Source of the DNA: Catajapyx aquilonaris
Lineage: Eukaryota
NCBI GenBank assembly: GCA_000934665.2
Contig: KZ539295.1
Span: 1-36,333, forward strand
Direction of reading: 5' to 3'
DNA length: 36,333 bases
Shown here: positions 31,820 through 36,333 of the stretch, piece by piece
How the letters are laid out: each line of letters opens with the position of its first letter
Position numbering within the stretch: the first letter of the stretch is position 1
Program-made: the position numbers and the translations under genes
Notes under the pieces: generated by a model
Databases searched by the model: none
The model's input: the letters and a program-made list of their open reading frames with translations, nothing else
What the model was told of the DNA's origin: nothing

Positions 31820-34800
31820 AATGTACATCAGGGTGAGGTTGGAGACCATGGACACCTCGTCGATGATGAACAGTACTACGTTCTTGAGCTCTCCTCTCAT
31901 GAGCTGTAGGACTTCATCTGATAGAGGACGATATTTTGGGGTCCTCCCATGTTCTATAGGTAACTGCAGGAGTCGATGAATAGTGAGGCCATTGACATTG
32001 AATGCGGCGATGCCTGTCGGAGCGCTAATGGCGACCATCTTGTTCACCTCCTGACTGACCCAGGCTTGAATGGTGTGAATTAGGTGACTTTTTCCAGTTC
32101 CACCAGTTCCATTGCAAAACTTTCTCATGATTGTTGTGTCATTCGTTATTAGGACATGTTGAACATACTTGAACACTCTTCTCTGATCACTGTTCAATAT
32201 GTTAATCATGTGCTGTACATCTACCTCAACATGGGCGATTTGATCCACCTCACGAAGATCATACATAGCATTGGCTGCCTCCACGGGCTGGAACTCTAAA
32301 GGGTTATCAGGACAGTCCCCATCGACTTCTTTACAATGTCCAGCTTCTTCCAACTCGGCTACCTTTGCTTGGATTAGTTGAAAGGCAGTGTCAATCCTTT
32401 TCTGAAAGTCACACTGAAGCTCACTATAACTCAAGCCTTCCTCTATGTCATGTTTAGCCGCACGGAAAGCATCAGTATAGGTGGAGAAGTCAGAAATTAG
32501 TTCGCCTAGCTTTCGCCATGGTGTGAACAGAAGGATTATGGAAGAGAAGAACTGTTCTGGGAACTGATGCACGTCATATCTGTAGTGATTGATCAGATAT
32601 GGGTGTGATCTTTTAATCAGGAATCGTTCCTCACTTATTTGATAAAATTCTACTTGGGATGACGTAGGTTTGTGGATGACTATATCGAACCATTTAGTTA
32701 AATTATACAGGTTCATGTGTTCTAGCTGTGTTGGCCGATTAGGATAATGATCATCCACCCACGACTCATAGAAAATGTTGGTAGATTGTGGGTCCAGTTC
32801 GTCTAATTCCTTCCTGGCCTTGACTCTGCGGTTCCTATGCATGTTAACATCTATCCAGCGAATCGTGGTGTCAGGATCCGTACCATACAGAGGAATGCCC
32901 AAGAGAGTGTCACTAGCCTCGAGTGCACCGCATTCTCTGTGGCTCAAGGCACGCAGGCCAACATTGTAGAGACGACTACACAGATTTATGGTAGAGTATG
33001 AATCAGCAACGTGACCTTTTTCGCTCTTTGTCGTGTACTTGGTCACATAATAATTAAGGACAGAACTTTTTTCGCCCACAAATTGTAAGTCCATATTACC
33101 ATTCCATGCCAACATGATTGCAGGGTTGTAGTCATTAATGTGGGCTTCCTCCTTGGATCTTTTAATATTGTACAGCCTTGAATTAGAGGACAGAGTTTTT
33201 CTAGCAGCTATGGATTCTGTGACGTCCCTTATGATCATCTCGTCTGTTACGGGCCTAGGGAATCCAAATCGACAAACTTTCATGAAACCTGTCGTGGTTT
33301 TTTTTGTTCCTTCTGCAGTAGTTGTTATGGTGGTGAGTCTGATATTTGGTAACACGCTCATGTAATGTTGGGCATGTCTGTTTGTTAGGAATGAGACAGG
33401 TAACATATTTAGAAATAAATTCTGTGACGCTTTCAGTTGACGATACTCCTAGGACGGGGGCGTCTTTAACCCACAACATGAGGTGGAAATGTTGTGCTCC
33501 GCGAGATTGATACTCGCGTCTCCAGAAGTATTGATGAACGGGTCCTAATGGCTCATATTTGGACAGAATAAAGTGTAGCATAGCCTTGAAGTAGTTGTCA
33601 ATGAATCTTGATGCTGAGACTGGATCAAGAGCTACTAACTCACTGGTGGTCTTGTTTGCGAAATCCGGACCGTTGACTTGACGAATGAAGTCGCCTAGTT
33701 CATTCCAACTCCATTCGCTGGGACTAATAGTGAGAAATCAAGTGGCAGGACCGTAATTCTGGGTCATGCAATTTACGTCATTTCTTGGTTTAGCCCAATA
33801 TTGTTCGGTGTTTCTCAATCTCGAGAAAATGGCCGTCAGGTCTCCTTCTAATTCATCAATCTTAAGCATCTGCATGTATCTAGCTGTAGTGAGTCTTTCT
33901 TTGTGCTTAATGATATTGAGTTTATAAAATATGCCAGCACTCAGCTGTCGGATGTTAGCATTATTCAATAAATAGAACAAGTATTGTTGATTTAGTCTCG
34001 ATTTTGAGTGGCTGGACATAAGTTTGGTTTTTATGAATTCAGAAGAAGTTAACTTTACTGACCTCTGCTGAAACTGTCCATATTTTCCACATGGGAATAA
34101 ATCTGGGAAGCATTTTACGTCAAGGTCCTTGTCACGAGAATCTATTGGGGCTGCATTCACCTTGACCATTTGATACAATGCTGTAGCTGTCTCATTGAGT
34201 TTTTTTTCATGAAGAGGATAGATAGTGAACTGTTAATATCTATTTTCAAGCTCAGAGGTAACCTGAGTTAAGAGGGCTGGCTCCATCTCCAGTGTCTCTT
34301 CCACTTCATGTTGTAAATCAGGAGACATGTTGGCGAGCAGTTCTTCGGGACGTGAAGGTAGCTGGATATTTGCATAAAGATGGTTAATCTGGTGAAGTAC
34401 TCGGAGGGTTGAATGAACGTGGTTAACGTCTACTAAATTCTCCCATATAACTTTGCTCCTAGTAGCAGCGCCTCTCACCAGAATGTAGAGTTCAGGATTG
34501 TCACAGAGGGCTTCCTTTGGTTTTGGAATTTTCCGCAAAGTCTGCTGCAATGGCAATGGCGACCTATGACTTTCTGGTGGAAGGTGCGACCTATGACTTT
34601 CTTTACCTTGTGCCTGTTTGGAATATTTTTATTTCCAATAGATGTAACCACTTAGAAAGCTTTGGCCCTCTGGATTAATATTTTTTCATACTCATTTAAA
34701 TGTTCAATTTCATGTGGACGATCCGGAACGAGAAGTTGATTCATAATGCAGGTGGCTGGCATGGCATTGTGCCTAAATTTCTGCAGACAGTATTGACAAA

Positions 34801-34820
34801 TGAGGAGCTTGCCAGCAAAA
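31820..34820 (-). pseudogene. Helitron/Helentron RepHel N-terminal part: Cys-rich region, HUH-Y2 Rep, helicase motifs I-II (frameshifts and stops)
   Basis: ICQYC...P..C..NQL (about 34740-34810), DLDVKCFPDLFPCG, RLRNTEQYW, REYQSRGAQHFHLMLW (HUH), CRFGFPRP, INDYNP, YVTKYTTK (Y2), GTGGTGKS (Walker A), APTGIAA and IIDEVSMV (Walker B). Confidence 0.95.
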
Positions 34821-35024
34821 CCAGTTCAATCCACAATTTGCAATTTTTCAGGAGGAGCCAATAAGTGATTACTCAATGCTGGTGGCAAAAGTGGCAGTGA
34901 AGTTGTCATGGGCAGTATGCTATAGGGGTTGCCATTATGTAGACACAATTGTTTTACTTCAATGTATGGTGATTGTTGAGGTAGGGCATTGTTAAAAATG
35001 GATAGAACTGGTTTTGTGTGCAAA

Positions 35025-35294
35025 TCATGGATAGAGCTGATTGTGCATGAAAATCATGGCATTATCTTTATTTTTCACAAATATACAATGAAAGTAATCA
35101 CTGGCCCACCGTTGTTGTCGTTTTCTAGTCCCCTTATTTGCATCAGCAACAGCAATTGTGCCATCTAAACCGTCCGCATCCCCTGCACCCTCCTCCGGTA
35201 TGGCATCAGCAACAGCAATAATTGGCAGCCCAATAATTGTGACTTCTGAACCGTCCACATCCCCGGCACCCTCCTCCGGTATGGGGCCCGCCAT
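35025..35294 (-). CDS. Short acidic ORF with an internal repeat, possibly the 5' part of the Helitron transcript
   Basis: AAGATGGCG start context; IPEEGAGD.DG...TI..AVADA occurs twice (direct repeat at about 35140-35284). Confidence 0.35.
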   Translation of the reverse strand: MAGPIPEEGAGDVDGSEVTIIGLPIIAVADAIPEEGAGDADGLDGTIAVADANKGTRKRQQRWASDYFHCIFVKNKDNAMIFMHNQLYP

Positions 35295-35319
35295 CTTTGC
35301 AGAGTGGGAAACAGATGAC

Positions 35320-35363
35320 TATCGGGGGAGTATCGTTCCGATACTCCCCCGATATTATCGATA
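35320..35363. promoter_or_regulatory. Perfect 16-bp stem-loop next to a DRE
   Basis: TATCGGGGGAGTATCG-TTC-CGATACTCCCCCGATA at 35320-35354; TATCGATA at 35356-35363. Confidence 0.55.
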
Positions 35364-35390
35364 TTATCCATATATCTCTCTTCAAGACCG

Positions 35391-35923
35391 CACTCTAAAA
35401 AAAATTGAGTGAAAATTTCACTCAAATAATGGGTGAAAAATAAAACACTCAAATTAAGTAATTTTTCCCCCAAGATGCGTCACTTTCACTCATTACGATA
35501 AATATTCGCTCTAAGTTTGAGTTGGCGGGTGCTCAAATCGTGAGTGAGAAGACCGAGCTAGTCAAGTTTAGTTCTTAGCTCAGGCTTTTCTCTACGCTAT
35601 GTCCAAAAAGTGGCGATTTGGTGCTAGCTAAAATTATGTTGAGATTTAAGAAGGTCAAAAAGCGAGTGTAGAGTAAAAGCTGGACAATGCGCCACTATAG
35701 AGGTAATTATGACGCAACACACAAAAGGTGTCGCGCGGTACTTCCCCGCAGACACGGAGCCGGCCGTTAGATTGGTGCTCGGTGTGTGGCAGCAAGGAGA
35801 ACGCGTCTGCACAAGACTATGAAGTGATGCCAGTGCCAGCCATGGAGTGCAGAAGTATGGAAGAGTTGGCACAGTACCTCCTGGGAAGGGAGGTGCCTGA
35901 AGAGGCTGTGCAGAAGTTGAGAG
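35391..35923 (+). mobile_element. Left end of an EnSpm/CACTA-like element with the first exon of a SAM-like ORF
   Basis: Terminus CACTCTAAAAAAAA with TGAGTG/CACTCA subterminal repeats. Exon 35842-35923 reads MECRSMEELAQYLLGREVPEEAVQKLR and ends at the donor G|GTAAGC. Confidence 0.55.
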
Positions 35924-36333
35924 GTAAGCTGGCTGTTACAAGTCTTTATAATGTGCAGGGTGACCACTGGCCACTAAATTTTTTTTGAAACTATGATGCA
36001 ATAGCTCTGAAAAAGTACTGAAACTGTCAGTATCTGGTCACTGCAATGAATGTAATAGGCTAATAGCCTATACATGTACCCAGTTGGTAGGCCTACTTTG
36101 TGCTCACAAAATACCGTCTAGATAGCATTGTTTTTCAACCAGTGATAAGCATACCACTGCTGGTACGCGAGGTTTTGTCGAGTGATACGCGACAAAGAGG
36201 GTGGGTGTAGTTCAAGTACCACATTAATAACACCTGTGCCTGTTGTTTCTGCTCACATTTTAAAAGTACAGTACTATGTATTTAACCATAACTTAACCAT
36301 TAAGGATGAAATATTGCTTTGACAGTACGACTG

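Noticed and set aside
34559..34602. Duplicated GCGACCTATGACTTTCT as an insertion TSD
   Set aside because: The copies are only about 10 bp apart; better explained as a small tandem duplication in the decayed ORF.

Overview
Eukaryotic, probably invertebrate, transposon-dense DNA with no recognisable intact host gene. The right half is dominated by a degenerate minus-strand Helitron/Helentron RepHel (HUH/Y2 Rep plus Pif1 helicase, about 27100-34820). It is split in mid-helicase by a 3.5-kb Helentron-like insert carrying an uninterrupted ORF in which a second Pif1 C-terminus is fused to a complete USP/C19 deubiquitinase domain. Left of this is a minus-strand Ty3/gypsy element: gag tail, PR-RT-RH, truncated IN, an accessory basic/acidic ORF, PPT and 3' LTR. 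Its LTR holds three bulged RNA hairpins whose core recurs in a diverged LTR fragment at 4.2-4.6 kb. The left 21 kb is a mosaic of Kolobok, mariner, P-like, Ginger2 and gypsy remnants, nested palindromic MITEs and an old local duplication. An EnSpm/CACTA-like end begins at 35391. All calls come from reading the sequence by eye; no searches were run.
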